Source: an uncultured bacterium (GTDB taxonomy: Bacteria; Patescibacteriota; Patescibacteriia; Patescibacteriales; UBA12465). Taken from it: a DNA stretch of 64,000 nucleotides. The stretch lies in NCBI GenBank assembly GCA_903945435.1, contig CAJAVM010000026.1, positions 8,311 through 72,310 on the forward strand. The letters run 5' to 3'. Position numbers and translations under genes: made by a program. The notes beneath the pieces are model-generated. The model had not been told where the DNA came from, did not search any database, and worked only from the letters and a program-made list of their open reading frames with translations. This document shows, one piece after another, positions 16,840 to 26,539 of this stretch. How positions within the stretch are numbered: position 1 is the stretch's first letter; the number at the start of each line of letters is the position of its first letter.

Positions 16840-18660
16840 CTATTCTTCTACATCTCCAACTTCCTGCAACTTCAATAATTTAGCATACAATCCCTTAGAA
16901 ACTCGAGAGAGCTCGACGTGACTTCCCTGTTCCGCAACTCTACCTTTCTCTAAAACCACTATTTTATCAGCATTTTTAATAGTACTTAAACGATGAGCAA
17001 TAATTATCATAGTTCGGCCTTGGCTAATTTTTTTCATCGCATCAGAAATCAGACGTTCACTTTCACTATCCAAATTTGAAGTTGCTTCATCAAAAATTAA
17101 AATACGGGGATTAGCTAAAATAGCTCGAGCAATACCAAGTCGCTGTCTTTGACCACCAGAAAGCTTTATTCCACGTTCTCCAACCATAGAATCGTATCCC
17201 TTATCAAGCTTTAAAATAAATTCTTCCGCATTCGCAATTTTCGCCGCTGCTTCAATTTCTTTACGACTAGCATCTGGTTTTGCATAAGCAATATTTTCGG
17301 AAACACTCAAATCAAAAATTTCAACTTCCTGAGGAACAATTGCTAAAAACTTTCTAAACGATTTTAAATCATAATCTTTTATATCGCGTCCATCAATTAG
17401 AACCCGCCCTTTTTGAGGGTCGTAATGACGATATACTAAACGAGCAGCCGTAGTCTTCCCTCCACCCGAAGGCCCAACTAAAGCGGTTACACACCCGGAA
17501 TTAATTTTGAAATTCAAATTAGCAACTGCTGTTCGTTTATTATCAGAGTAAGCGAAGGAAACATCTTTAAATTCAACCTCACCAGTAATTTTTTTAGGCT
17601 TATATCCCCCCGATTTATTATTTATATAATCTTCCGCGTTAAATAGTAGCAATAAACGGTTTACACCCTCTTTTCCTTCTTCCATCTTATCGTAGAATCT
17701 AGTTAAACGATATAAAGAAGCATAAGCAGTTTCACTTAAAGTAAAGATAAAAATTAAACTACCAACCGTAATGGAATTAGTAGCAACCATGTAAACCCCC
17801 AACAGTAAGACTGAGGCGCGACCAATATCGGCAATTGAATTTCTAACTAGACCGACCTTCATCATCCATCCCCATTGTCTATCTTCGTTTTCTCTTAAAT
17901 TATTTTTAATCTTCCCAAATTCTTTTAATTCTCTATCCTCCTGAACAAATGATTGGACTGCATTAATGTTAATAATTGCTTGAGTCATCTTACCGGAAGC
18001 GTTCTCATAATCACGATATATCTGTTTTCTAATGGGATACATGCGTCTATTAGACCAGAAAACAATCGCAATAAACAAGCCGGCAAAAACTAAGAATGAT
18101 AAACCAATCCGCCAATCAGACCAAAATAAAGCGACCAAGGTAAAAGTTAACTGCACCGTAGTTGGTAATACTTCCCAAAAAATATTATTTAAAAACTCGG
18201 AAATTTTATCAACTCCTTTTTCTATTTTAATAATTTTAGCTCCAGTATTTTGCTTCTCATGATATCCAAGACTTAAAGAAACTAGTTTTTCCTGAGCTTG
18301 CATGCCCAAGCTATATTCAACCTCAACTAACAAACGTAAAATTTTTCTATCGCTAAAATAATGAATAAAAGAACGAACTTCTTCAGTCATTAAATAAAGA
18401 GCAATTAATTTTAATAAAAAAATTATTTTATCTTTATCAAAATTAGATAAGTTATCAATAACTACCTTTAACAGATACGGCTTAAGTAGATCCAATACGC
18501 CTATTCCTAAAGCAATGACTGCAATTTTCCAAAAGAAACGACGAAATGGTTTAAGTAGAGCCCAAAATTCAGACCAAAAATTAGCCCGAATACGATTATC
18601 AGGCCTAGCCTCTGATTGAGTCTTTTGTTCCGCTACTTTAATTTTTTCTTTTTTAGACAT
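16840..18660 (-). CDS. ABC exporter, fused permease/ATPase (MsbA-like family)
   Basis: 606 aa with a six-TM exporter domain and an NBD carrying GPSGGGKTT, LSGGQRQR and ILIFDEATS. Its start overlaps the murC 3' end by 28 nt. Confidence 0.9.
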   Translation of the reverse strand: MSKKEKIKVAEQKTQSEARPDNRIRANFWSEFWALLKPFRRFFWKIAVIALGIGVLDLLKPYLLKVVIDNLSNFDKDKIIFLLKLIALYLMTEEVRSFIHYFSDRKILRLLVEVEYSLGMQAQEKLVSLSLGYHEKQNTGAKIIKIEKGVDKISEFLNNIFWEVLPTTVQLTFTLVALFWSDWRIGLSFLVFAGLFIAIVFWSNRRMYPIRKQIYRDYENASGKMTQAIININAVQSFVQEDRELKEFGKIKNNLRENEDRQWGWMMKVGLVRNSIADIGRASVLLLGVYMVATNSITVGSLIFIFTLSETAYASLYRLTRFYDKMEEGKEGVNRLLLLFNAEDYINNKSGGYKPKKITGEVEFKDVSFAYSDNKRTAVANLNFKINSGCVTALVGPSGGGKTTAARLVYRHYDPQKGRVLIDGRDIKDYDLKSFRKFLAIVPQEVEIFDLSVSENIAYAKPDASRKEIEAAAKIANAEEFILKLDKGYDSMVGERGIKLSGGQRQRLGIARAILANPRILIFDEATSNLDSESERLISDAMKKISQGRTMIIIAHRLSTIKNADKIVVLEKGRVAEQGSHVELSRVSKGLYAKLLKLQEVGDVEE

Positions 18661-20060
18661 AATAATTCTTCGCCGACACGAAACACGTCGCCAGCTCCCA
18701 TTAATAAAATAACCTCATCATCTTTAATACTGGACCGCAAATAACTAACAGCAGCTGCAATATCTTTAACATTTAAAACTTGTTGCTTAATTTTATTCTT
18801 GTTATTAAAACTTTCTATTGCTTTTACTAACTGAGAGCTAGAAACACCTCCCTGTTTCTCTCTAGCCGAACCATATATATCTAATACGATAAGCTCATGA
18901 GCCTTTGGAAAACTAGTAGCAAAGTCTTTAAATAACGCTTTAGTCCGAGTAAAAGTATGAGGATGAAAAACTACACGCAAACGCTTACCAGGATAATGAG
19001 CGCGCACTCCCTCGATAGTTGTTTGAATTTCTGTTGGATGATGAGCATAATCATCAATTAAAATTGCATCCTGATATTTTCCTAAAACCTGCCCCCTTCT
19101 TTCAGTCCCCGTAAAACTTAACAAATATTTTTTAATATCAGAAATTGAAACTTTTAATTCTCTGGCGGCCGCAATAACTGCTAAGGCATTAAAAATATTA
19201 TGTTTCCCCCACAACTTAATTTTAAATTCCCCTAAATTATTAACCGAGAAAATCTGGATACCGTTTTCTATTTTTAAGTTATAAGCTAAATAATTAACCG
19301 TCTCATTACTATAATCTTCATCAGCAATATCATAACTTGCAATTCGACCATGACAATATTTTTTAATTTTACGAGTTGCCTGATCACGATTATTAATGAC
19401 TAAAAATCCAGTTTCAGGAAGTCGCTTAATAAAATCTGTAAATACTTTTACATAATCCGCTTCAGTCTTAAAAAAATCAGGATGGTCATAATCAATATTA
19501 TTTAAAACGATGCCTTGTGCTTGAAGATACTTTAGCTTATTACCATACTCATCAGCCTCAGCAATAAATAATTTAGATTTACCTTGTAGGCCGCTACCCT
19601 TGAATTGAGGAACGCTCGAGCCGACTAAAACATTAGGCTTTTTACCAGATTTCCATAAAACATAACCGAGCCAGGCCGAAGTAGTTGTTTTACCGTGACT
19701 GCCACAAACAGCAACCCCCTGATGAGCACTAAAAACCTCTCCTAGAGCCTCAGAATAAGAAACCAATCTAGTTTTATTTAAGCTAACGTCCTTGCCAGCT
19801 AAAGCCTTCATTTCCGAATTATTCTCTGCCGTATATGCAATTGAATGAATAATTAAATCTGCATCCGTCGGCAAATTATTTTTATCAAAAGGCGAATTAA
19901 TTTTTATCCTCAAACTCTTCAAAACTTTATCAGTCATGAAAGTTTCTGAAATATCAGAACCAGAAACAAAATCTCCAGCCGCTGTTAAAAACTGAGCCAG
20001 AGTAGTCATCCCGACCCCCTTAATACCAATCATGTATATTTTACGTCCATTTTTTTTCAT
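18633..20060 (-). CDS. murC: UDP-N-acetylmuramate--L-alanine ligase
   Basis: 475 aa with GIKGVGMTTLAQFL and the GSHGKTTTSA P-loop, in a Mur ligase architecture. Confidence 0.92.
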   Translation of the reverse strand: MKKNGRKIYMIGIKGVGMTTLAQFLTAAGDFVSGSDISETFMTDKVLKSLRIKINSPFDKNNLPTDADLIIHSIAYTAENNSEMKALAGKDVSLNKTRLVSYSEALGEVFSAHQGVAVCGSHGKTTTSAWLGYVLWKSGKKPNVLVGSSVPQFKGSGLQGKSKLFIAEADEYGNKLKYLQAQGIVLNNIDYDHPDFFKTEADYVKVFTDFIKRLPETGFLVINNRDQATRKIKKYCHGRIASYDIADEDYSNETVNYLAYNLKIENGIQIFSVNNLGEFKIKLWGKHNIFNALAVIAAARELKVSISDIKKYLLSFTGTERRGQVLGKYQDAILIDDYAHHPTEIQTTIEGVRAHYPGKRLRVVFHPHTFTRTKALFKDFATSFPKAHELIVLDIYGSAREKQGGVSSSQLVKAIESFNNKNKIKQQVLNVKDIAAAVSYLRSSIKDDEVILLMGAGDVFRVGEELLCLKKKKLK

Positions 20061-21172
20061 TTTTTTGATGCTAAAATTTCCAAAATTAAATCAACCATCG
20101 TTTCGGCAGCATTCTTTTTAATAACTCTTCCAATATTTGATGATAATAATTTTTGATTCTCGCTATTAGAAATAACTTCTCTAATCTGCTTAATTAGCTC
20201 TTCAGCAGATAAGCTTTTTTGATTTAAAACTATTGCGGCCTTAGCTTTCTGAAAAACGTGTGCATTATCTTCTTGATGAGAATCTGGCATTGGTATAAGA
20301 ATAGCTGGTTTTTCAAGCTCACATAACTCAGTTAATGTTGCTAGTCCGCAACGAGAAATTACTAAATTAGCAACGGACATTAAATAAAAAACTTCATCAT
20401 TACTTACAAGCTCAAATGCTTGATATTTAAAATTATGATTATCGACCATTGCTTCTGTTAATTTACCCTTTCCAGTTAAATGAATTATTTGAAAATCATT
20501 AATCAACTCTGGTAAAGACTGGACTATTAAACTATTCATTGCGACTGAGCCAGTCCCTCCACCAGTTACTAGAATTAAGGGCTTATCAATAATTAAATGG
20601 TATTTCTCTTTAATACTATTAATTACAGACTCATTAAAACCTAATCTATTTGAAGGATTCCCTACCCAAACAGCTTTAGGGCCATAATCACGTAATGATT
20701 TTTCAAAAGTAACCGTAATTAAATGAGCAAAAGGAGCCATTAAGCGATTTGCTAACCCCGGTCTCACATCTTGTTGATGAATAAAAATGGGAATTTTTTT
20801 TAAATAAGCCGCCCACACTAAAGGAACGCTCACAAAACCACCAGCACTGATTATCAAATCCGGCTTTTCTCGATTAAGAATTGGAAAGGAAAGAATAAAA
20901 GCAAAAAATATTTTAAAACAATCTAAAAAATTAGCTAAAGAAAAGTAACGACGTAATTTACCTGATGGCAGGGTAATAAATTTTATTTTTTCTCTCCTAA
21001 TTTCAAAGGCATCAACGATTGTTTTTTCTGGACCATTGTTTGTACCAACAAAAACAAAATCTAAATCTGATTTATCTTTAACCAACTCTCTAATCACGGC
21101 CAAAAGAGTAGTTACTGGCCCACCAGAACCACCGCCACTTAAAAGAATGGTTTTACGACTACCTATGTTCAT
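20057..21172 (-). CDS. murG: Undecaprenyl-PP-MurNAc-pentapeptide GlcNAc transferase
   Basis: 371 aa with the N-terminal G-loop LLSGGGSGGPV and a GT28-type C-terminal half. It has a 4-nt overlap with murC. Confidence 0.9.
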   Translation of the reverse strand: MNIGSRKTILLSGGGSGGPVTTLLAVIRELVKDKSDLDFVFVGTNNGPEKTIVDAFEIRREKIKFITLPSGKLRRYFSLANFLDCFKIFFAFILSFPILNREKPDLIISAGGFVSVPLVWAAYLKKIPIFIHQQDVRPGLANRLMAPFAHLITVTFEKSLRDYGPKAVWVGNPSNRLGFNESVINSIKEKYHLIIDKPLILVTGGGTGSVAMNSLIVQSLPELINDFQIIHLTGKGKLTEAMVDNHNFKYQAFELVSNDEVFYLMSVANLVISRCGLATLTELCELEKPAILIPMPDSHQEDNAHVFQKAKAAIVLNQKSLSAEELIKQIREVISNSENQKLLSSNIGRVIKKNAAETMVDLILEILASKK

Positions 21173-21182
21173 ATGGGATTAA

Positions 21183-22337
21183 TTAACGCTTAAGGTAACT
21201 TATTTTAGCTTGTTTGCTAATATTAGTCAATATACCCATGGCAATTAAAGCTGATAAAATAGCTGAACCTCCAGCTGAAACAAATGGTAAAGGTACGCCA
21301 GTCATGGGGATTAAATTTATCATGCCGCCAATATTTAAAAAGGTTTGCACGGCCAACCAAACGATAATTCCAGTAGCTAATGTCCGACCATACAAATCAG
21401 GAGCGGCTCGAGCAATTATCAAACCGCGATAGAAAATGAATAAAAAGAGGAGTATTAATAAGGAGCTAAATACAAAACCAATTTCTTCAGCGGCAATCGG
21501 GAAAATTGAATCACCCCAGACTTCAGGTAAATACATAAATTTCTGACGGCTCTGGCCTAGACCGCGACCAAACCACCCCCCAGAACCAACAGCAATTAAG
21601 GACTGATTAATCTGATAGCATTTATCTTGGGCACTATAACTTGGATCTTTTAAACATTTAAACCGATCGCTTTGATATGAAGATTTAATATTCAACATTA
21701 CAAACAAAAGTAAACCTGCAAAAACCACCACTAAGAATATATGCCTCACTTTTCCTCCACCTACAAAAAAAACTAACATGGAGGTAAAGGCAATAATAAA
21801 TAAAGTTCCTAAATCTGGTTGTGCTAACATTAAAACACTAATAATTCCTAAAATGGATAAAAAAGGAACTATCCCGCCAGAAAAACTCCCTAAATCTCCT
21901 TTTTTTGCCTCTAACCAAGTCGCTAAATAAATTAAAAAGGATAATTTTACTAATTCAGCCGGCTGAAATGAATAACCAAAAACATTAATCCAACTTTTAG
22001 CAGTACCGTAATCAGCACCAATCCCCGGGATAAATACCAAAGTCAACAAGACAATAGAAAAAATAAGAAAGAAAAAGGCGTATCGCTTCCAAACACGATA
22101 ATTTATTTTAGAAGCAATAAAAAAGGCTACTAAGCCTATCCCAACTGCAATTAATTGATGAGTAAAATAATAGTAAGTGTTACCGTATCTGGCATAAGAG
22201 ACAACTGAGGAAGCACTAAATAACAAAACAAGCCCAAAACACAATAAAGTAAAAATAGCAGTTACAAAACTCCTATCGGGTTCGTGCTCTCCGGTATTAG
22301 GTGAAAATAACTTTTTTTTTAAGAGGCTAAACCTCAT
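21183..22337 (-). CDS. ftsW: SEDS-family peptidoglycan polymerase (FtsW/RodA)
   Basis: 384-aa ten-TM protein with C-terminal PLPFVSAGGSA. It sits between mraY and murG. Confidence 0.88.
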   Translation of the reverse strand: MRFSLLKKKLFSPNTGEHEPDRSFVTAIFTLLCFGLVLLFSASSVVSYARYGNTYYYFTHQLIAVGIGLVAFFIASKINYRVWKRYAFFFLIFSIVLLTLVFIPGIGADYGTAKSWINVFGYSFQPAELVKLSFLIYLATWLEAKKGDLGSFSGGIVPFLSILGIISVLMLAQPDLGTLFIIAFTSMLVFFVGGGKVRHIFLVVVFAGLLLFVMLNIKSSYQSDRFKCLKDPSYSAQDKCYQINQSLIAVGSGGWFGRGLGQSRQKFMYLPEVWGDSIFPIAAEEIGFVFSSLLILLFLFIFYRGLIIARAAPDLYGRTLATGIIVWLAVQTFLNIGGMINLIPMTGVPLPFVSAGGSAILSALIAMGILTNISKQAKISYLKR

Positions 22338-23380
22338 ATTCGTTTATCTAACAAAAAAATAATCATACCAATCGTCGCCCCAATACCAGCAATCACCCAA
22401 AAACGCATAACCACTTTAGCCTCCGGCCAGCCAATAGCCTGAAAATGATGATGAATAGGGCTAGATAAAAAAATCTTTTTTCCTCTTATTCTCTTTGATA
22501 AAGTCTGTAAAATAACTGAAAGTGATTCTACTAAAAACACTGAACCAATGGGAATAAGCAGTAAAGCATTATTAGTTAACATGGCAATAATACCCAGAGT
22601 TACTCCGAGACTCATTGCCCCGGTATCGCCCATATAGAATCTAGCCGGGGGGATATTAAACCATAAAAAAGCTAATAACGCTCCAATAATAACCGCACAA
22701 AAAGTTGCCAAATCATAACGCCCCATTGTAAAAGCAATTACTCCATAAGAAGCGAAGGCTATTAGCAGAGTTCCACCAGCAAGTCCATCTAAACCGTCTG
22801 TTTCATTAACTGAAAAAGAAGTCGCAACAATAATAAAAATAAAAATAGGAATATACCATGCACCAATCTCAAAGTTACCGAAGAAAGGAATATGAAGCAG
22901 AGTCCAATCAAGTTTAAAATAAAACCACAAAGCACCAACAATCGCGATTAAAGTATAAATCAAAAGACGATGACGTAATTTTAGACCGCCACCGCCAAAA
23001 ACCCCTTTTCCTCGAACATCCAACCAATCATCAACCAAACCAATTAACGCAGTAACAACCAAGGCGCCTAAAGGCAAAAGAGTTTCCCCTCGAGATAAAA
23101 AATTAAAATATTCAAAAATACTACCAGAAAAAAATTCAGCTAAAAAGTAAAATATCAATATCAGAATTAGAACCGTCCCCCAAATTAAGATACCACCCAT
23201 AGTTGGCGTTCCCGCTTTATGAGCATGTAATTCACTAAAAATAGGTGTCACTCCGTTATTTCTAATTTTTTTACCCAATTTATATTTATACAAAAAGTGA
23301 GTCAATAATGGCGTCGCAACAATAGCAAATATAAAAGCAAGGGTTGAAAAGAATAAAATTCTGATAATTTGGAATTCCAT
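22334..23380 (-). CDS. mraY: Phospho-N-acetylmuramoyl-pentapeptide transferase
   Basis: Motifs LVDDWLDVRGKG, NETDGLDGLAGG and MGDTGAMSLG. Confidence 0.95.
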   Translation of the reverse strand: MEFQIIRILFFSTLAFIFAIVATPLLTHFLYKYKLGKKIRNNGVTPIFSELHAHKAGTPTMGGILIWGTVLILILIFYFLAEFFSGSIFEYFNFLSRGETLLPLGALVVTALIGLVDDWLDVRGKGVFGGGGLKLRHRLLIYTLIAIVGALWFYFKLDWTLLHIPFFGNFEIGAWYIPIFIFIIVATSFSVNETDGLDGLAGGTLLIAFASYGVIAFTMGRYDLATFCAVIIGALLAFLWFNIPPARFYMGDTGAMSLGVTLGIIAMLTNNALLLIPIGSVFLVESLSVILQTLSKRIRGKKIFLSSPIHHHFQAIGWPEAKVVMRFWVIAGIGATIGMIIFLLDKRI

Positions 23381-23390
23381 AGTATCTTGA

Positions 23391-23804
23391 TTATCTAAAA
23401 TTGATTAAAAAAATAGCTAACAAAGCTAAGCTTAAAAATATCCCGAATACAACAGCTGAACCGAAGAATAAATGAGTAATGAATTGAGATTCTTTACGTC
23501 TGGCAAAAGTAGAAACTAAAAAAATATTAACAACGGCAACAACCAAGCCAATTAGTGGATAAAAAAATATTTTATCTGGACTCCCAACTAAATCTACCCC
23601 AAAATCAATATTATAATGTAAAATAAGAAAATCACCGCTTAAACGGCGACGTATAAATAAAGCCTGAACCCAGGAAGCTATTTGCAACAATAAAATTGCT
23701 ACTAGATATAGCTTAGCAGGGTAGAACCTTAGGATAGACTTGATAGCTTCTCCCGCCTTCTGAAAAGATGTATAAAAACGAGCGTAAAAATTTAAATAGG
23801 TCAT
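23391..23804 (-). CDS. Hypothetical membrane protein heading the mraY block
   Basis: 137-aa ORF with several hydrophobic segments, lying 10 nt upstream of mraY. No family recognised. Confidence 0.55.
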   Translation of the reverse strand: MTYLNFYARFYTSFQKAGEAIKSILRFYPAKLYLVAILLLQIASWVQALFIRRRLSGDFLILHYNIDFGVDLVGSPDKIFFYPLIGLVVAVVNIFLVSTFARRKESQFITHLFFGSAVVFGIFLSLALLAIFLINFR

Positions 23805-23885
23805 AAAAAAAACAAGATATAGTATCCTAAATACAAGCTTATCATATTTTTAAAATAATATAAAACGTGCTAAAATAATAATATT

Positions 23886-24896
23886 ATGACAAATAAAACT
23901 CTACATAGCCTTTTTGGCTTTGCCTATCATGAAAATGCAAAAAAAGTAGTGATTTCTGGCTCTGAAACAGGTCTTTCTTTTAACTGTCATCTACCGGATG
24001 GCGAGGAGGCAATTTTTAACCTACCAAAGAGGCTGGAAACAGAATTAGCCGCTAACCTACGTCATCTTCTAGAAATAGCCCCAGGAGAGCTTGCCGCAGG
24101 AAAATATTGCAAACTAAGCGATAAAAACTATCACTTAAGCTTCAGACTGAGTATTATCCCAGATAAATTTGGAGAAAAAATAATTATTAATATAATTGAC
24201 GAAGAAAAAAATTTCATGAATCTTAGTAACCTAGGGTTACAAAAAAAAGATTTAGACATTATCAAACACAAAATTAATACTAAAGCTGGATTGATAGTTA
24301 TCAGCTCTCCCGAAACTCAAGGACGAAGCTCTACCCTATATTCCCTATTATCCGAACTGAACCAAGAAAATAAAAATATTTATTTTATTCATGATAAAGC
24401 GGAAACACAATTAAACGGGATAAATTACCTTCCTAATACACCAGAAAACTGGGATAGAATTTTGCATCAAGACTCAGATATTATAGCTATTGATACAAAA
24501 CATAGCGGTAAACATTTAGCTCAAGCTATCACCGCCGCTTCTACGGGGAGGCTTGTACTTATTACGACGGAAGCAGTTAATACTTTAGAAGCGCTCTACC
24601 AATTATTAAAAACCGATTTGCCCTTGAAATTAGTATTAGATAGCCTTAAGATGATAATCAGTCAAGAATTAACAAACTTAAAAAGAGTCAACATTAAAAA
24701 TATTAAAGGAAGAAAAAAAATTGGATTATTTGAAATAATGGTTCCCGACAAGAAAATAGCTGATTTTATTTTAAAAAATGAAACAAATATTAAAACAAAA
24801 GAGTTTTGGCAGAAACTACTACAACTCTTAATAGATAACGGATATAGACCAATATCTAATGATATTAAACAAAAAGAGCTTGATGGCTTAATATGA
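23886..24896 (+). CDS. GspE/PilB-family (type II/IV secretion ATPase-like) protein with degenerate catalytic motifs
   Basis: 336 aa with a GspE-like N2/CTD pattern (FRLSIIPDKFGEKIIINIID...LSNLGL...GLIVISSPETQGRSSTLYSLL...). The Walker A, Asp box, Walker B and His box residues are all replaced. It has a 4-nt overlap with the GT2 gene. Confidence 0.75.
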   Translation: MTNKTLHSLFGFAYHENAKKVVISGSETGLSFNCHLPDGEEAIFNLPKRLETELAANLRHLLEIAPGELAAGKYCKLSDKNYHLSFRLSIIPDKFGEKIIINIIDEEKNFMNLSNLGLQKKDLDIIKHKINTKAGLIVISSPETQGRSSTLYSLLSELNQENKNIYFIHDKAETQLNGINYLPNTPENWDRILHQDSDIIAIDTKHSGKHLAQAITAASTGRLVLITTEAVNTLEALYQLLKTDLPLKLVLDSLKMIISQELTNLKRVNIKNIKGRKKIGLFEIMVPDKKIADFILKNETNIKTKEFWQKLLQLLIDNGYRPISNDIKQKELDGLI

Positions 24897-25555
24897 AGAA
24901 AATCTGTGTAATACCAGCATATAACGAAGAAAAAGACATTGCCGAAGTCGTAAATCGAGTCCGGCCTTTTGTTGATGAAATTGTGATAGTTGATGATTGT
25001 TCAAAAGATAATACCGTTAACATTGCCAGACAAACTGGCGCCACAGTACTACTTCATCCCATAAACCGCGGCCAAGGCGCTGCTCTACAAACTGGAAATG
25101 ATTATGCCCTAAAAAATCAAGCTGATATAATAGTCCACTTTGATGCCGATAATCAATTTCAAGCCGAGGAAATACCAGATTTAGTAGGACCAATAGAACG
25201 AGGTGATGCTGAAGCCGTGCTTGGATCAAGATTTATGTCTAAAAAATCCGATCTACCGATGTTTAAAAAAAATGTCATCATGCCTCTAGCTCGCTTGTTC
25301 AATCGTCTTTTTTTTAATATTACTTTAAGTGATCCTCAAAGTGGTTTTAGAGCTTTAAGTCGCAAGGCGGTAGAACAAATAAAAATTAAAAACGACGGCA
25401 TGGCTCATTGCAGTGAAATCTTACATCAATTATTTAGCAAAAAAATAAAAACCATCGAAGTCCCAATTACTGTGATATATCACGAATACGGCCAAAAATT
25501 TTCTGGAGGATTAAAAATTATAACCGATATTGCAATTAAAAAAATTATCAAATAA
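24893..25555 (+). CDS. Glycosyltransferase family 2 (Dpm1/GtrB-like)
   Basis: CVIPAYNEEKDI, IVIVDDCSKDNT and a DADNQF DxD motif, in a 220-aa GT-A fold. Confidence 0.88.
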   Translation: MKKICVIPAYNEEKDIAEVVNRVRPFVDEIVIVDDCSKDNTVNIARQTGATVLLHPINRGQGAALQTGNDYALKNQADIIVHFDADNQFQAEEIPDLVGPIERGDAEAVLGSRFMSKKSDLPMFKKNVIMPLARLFNRLFFNITLSDPQSGFRALSRKAVEQIKIKNDGMAHCSEILHQLFSKKIKTIEVPITVIYHEYGQKFSGGLKIITDIAIKKIIK

Positions 25556-25556
25556 A

Positions 25557-25580
25557 AAGGAGACTCCGCGGAGACTCCTT
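25557..25580. terminator. Bidirectional hairpin between convergent genes
   Basis: AAGGAG-A-CUC-CGCG-GAG-A-CUCCUU forms a strong stem, with an A-run upstream and a U-rich tract downstream. Confidence 0.6.
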
Positions 25581-25598
25581 ATTATAAACGCCTTATGT

Positions 25599-26096
25599 TT
25601 AGGCAACAACCAGCGGGACTAAGATGCGTTCTATAATTATAAAAAGCAGTAAAAAGACTATAATTTTTTCCCAAATTTCATGAGTAAAAAAATAATGTAT
25701 CTCCAACTTTTCTTTACACACCTCCCAGTCTGAATTTCCAGATTTAAAAAGATATACAACCTTAATAATAGCTATTAGAATAAAAATAAAAATTACTATC
25801 ATTAATAAAAATAATATATCACTTTCTCGCCCGTTTAGCCCCCAGCAAAAAATACCACCGCCAAGCAACATAAATACGTCCCAATTAAATGAAAGCCAAG
25901 CTTTCAGCTTGTCTAACAAATAAACCAGTAAAGACCAAATCAACAATGCGATTGATAGGACTATAGCAATAACCCCATTGTCCGAACGTATATTAGGTCT
26001 TTCACCAATTAAAACCAGGCGCCCGGCACAAAAAATTGTTATGAAAAAGATGGTCGCTGCGACCTCTCTCCACCATTTTGCTTTCTTATTTTTCAT
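25599..26096 (-). CDS. Hypothetical membrane protein
   Basis: 165-aa ORF with about 5 hydrophobic segments. No family recognised. Confidence 0.55.
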   Translation of the reverse strand: MKNKKAKWWREVAATIFFITIFCAGRLVLIGERPNIRSDNGVIAIVLSIALLIWSLLVYLLDKLKAWLSFNWDVFMLLGGGIFCWGLNGRESDILFLLMIVIFIFILIAIIKVVYLFKSGNSDWEVCKEKLEIHYFFTHEIWEKIIVFLLLFIIIERILVPLVVA

Positions 26097-26203
26097 TACT
26101 ATATTTTTTAAATGAACTATTCAAATTTCCAACCAATAAACCAGAATCAACAAAATTTAACATAAAAAAATACTAGTGTCAATTATTAATTAGCCTTAAA
26201 TAT

Positions 26204-26536
26204 ATGCTACAACAAATAATCGCTATTACCTTTATCGCCATTTTTATCTGGCGCTTAAATGAACAAAGAAGAAAGAAAAAAATAGGTAACAATGAATTTA
26301 TTTTTTGGTTAGTATTTTGGTTGCTAGGAATCATAGCTATAATTCTTATTCGACAAATTGATCGTTTAGTTGGAATGCTGGGATTCTCTGGGTCTGGGAT
26401 TAATTTCTTATTATATATTACTGTCCTGATTCTTTTTTATATGGTTTTCAAGTTGAGACTGGCTATCGCAAAAATGGATGCCAATCTGACAGAAATCGCA
26501 AGAAAAATTGCTTTAACAGAACATACTGAAAAATAA
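26204..26536 (+). CDS. Small membrane protein, DUF2304-like
   Basis: 110 aa with 3-4 TM segments. The pattern ...RQIDRLVGMLGFSGSGINFLLY... and the C-terminal amphipathic helix resemble the DUF2304 family, which commonly accompanies GT2 genes (recalled from memory). Confidence 0.55.
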   Translation: MLQQIIAITFIAIFIWRLNEQRRKKKIGNNEFIFWLVFWLLGIIAIILIRQIDRLVGMLGFSGSGINFLLYITVLILFYMVFKLRLAIAKMDANLTEIARKIALTEHTEK

Positions 26537-26539
26537 TTT

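Noticed and set aside
25559-25578. Direct repeat GGAGACTCC-GC-GGAGACTCC, considered as a repeat element or protein-binding site
   Set aside because: The same bases form a strong hairpin (AAGGAG-A-CUC-CGCG-GAG-A-CUCCUU) between two convergent genes. A bidirectional terminator is the simpler reading.
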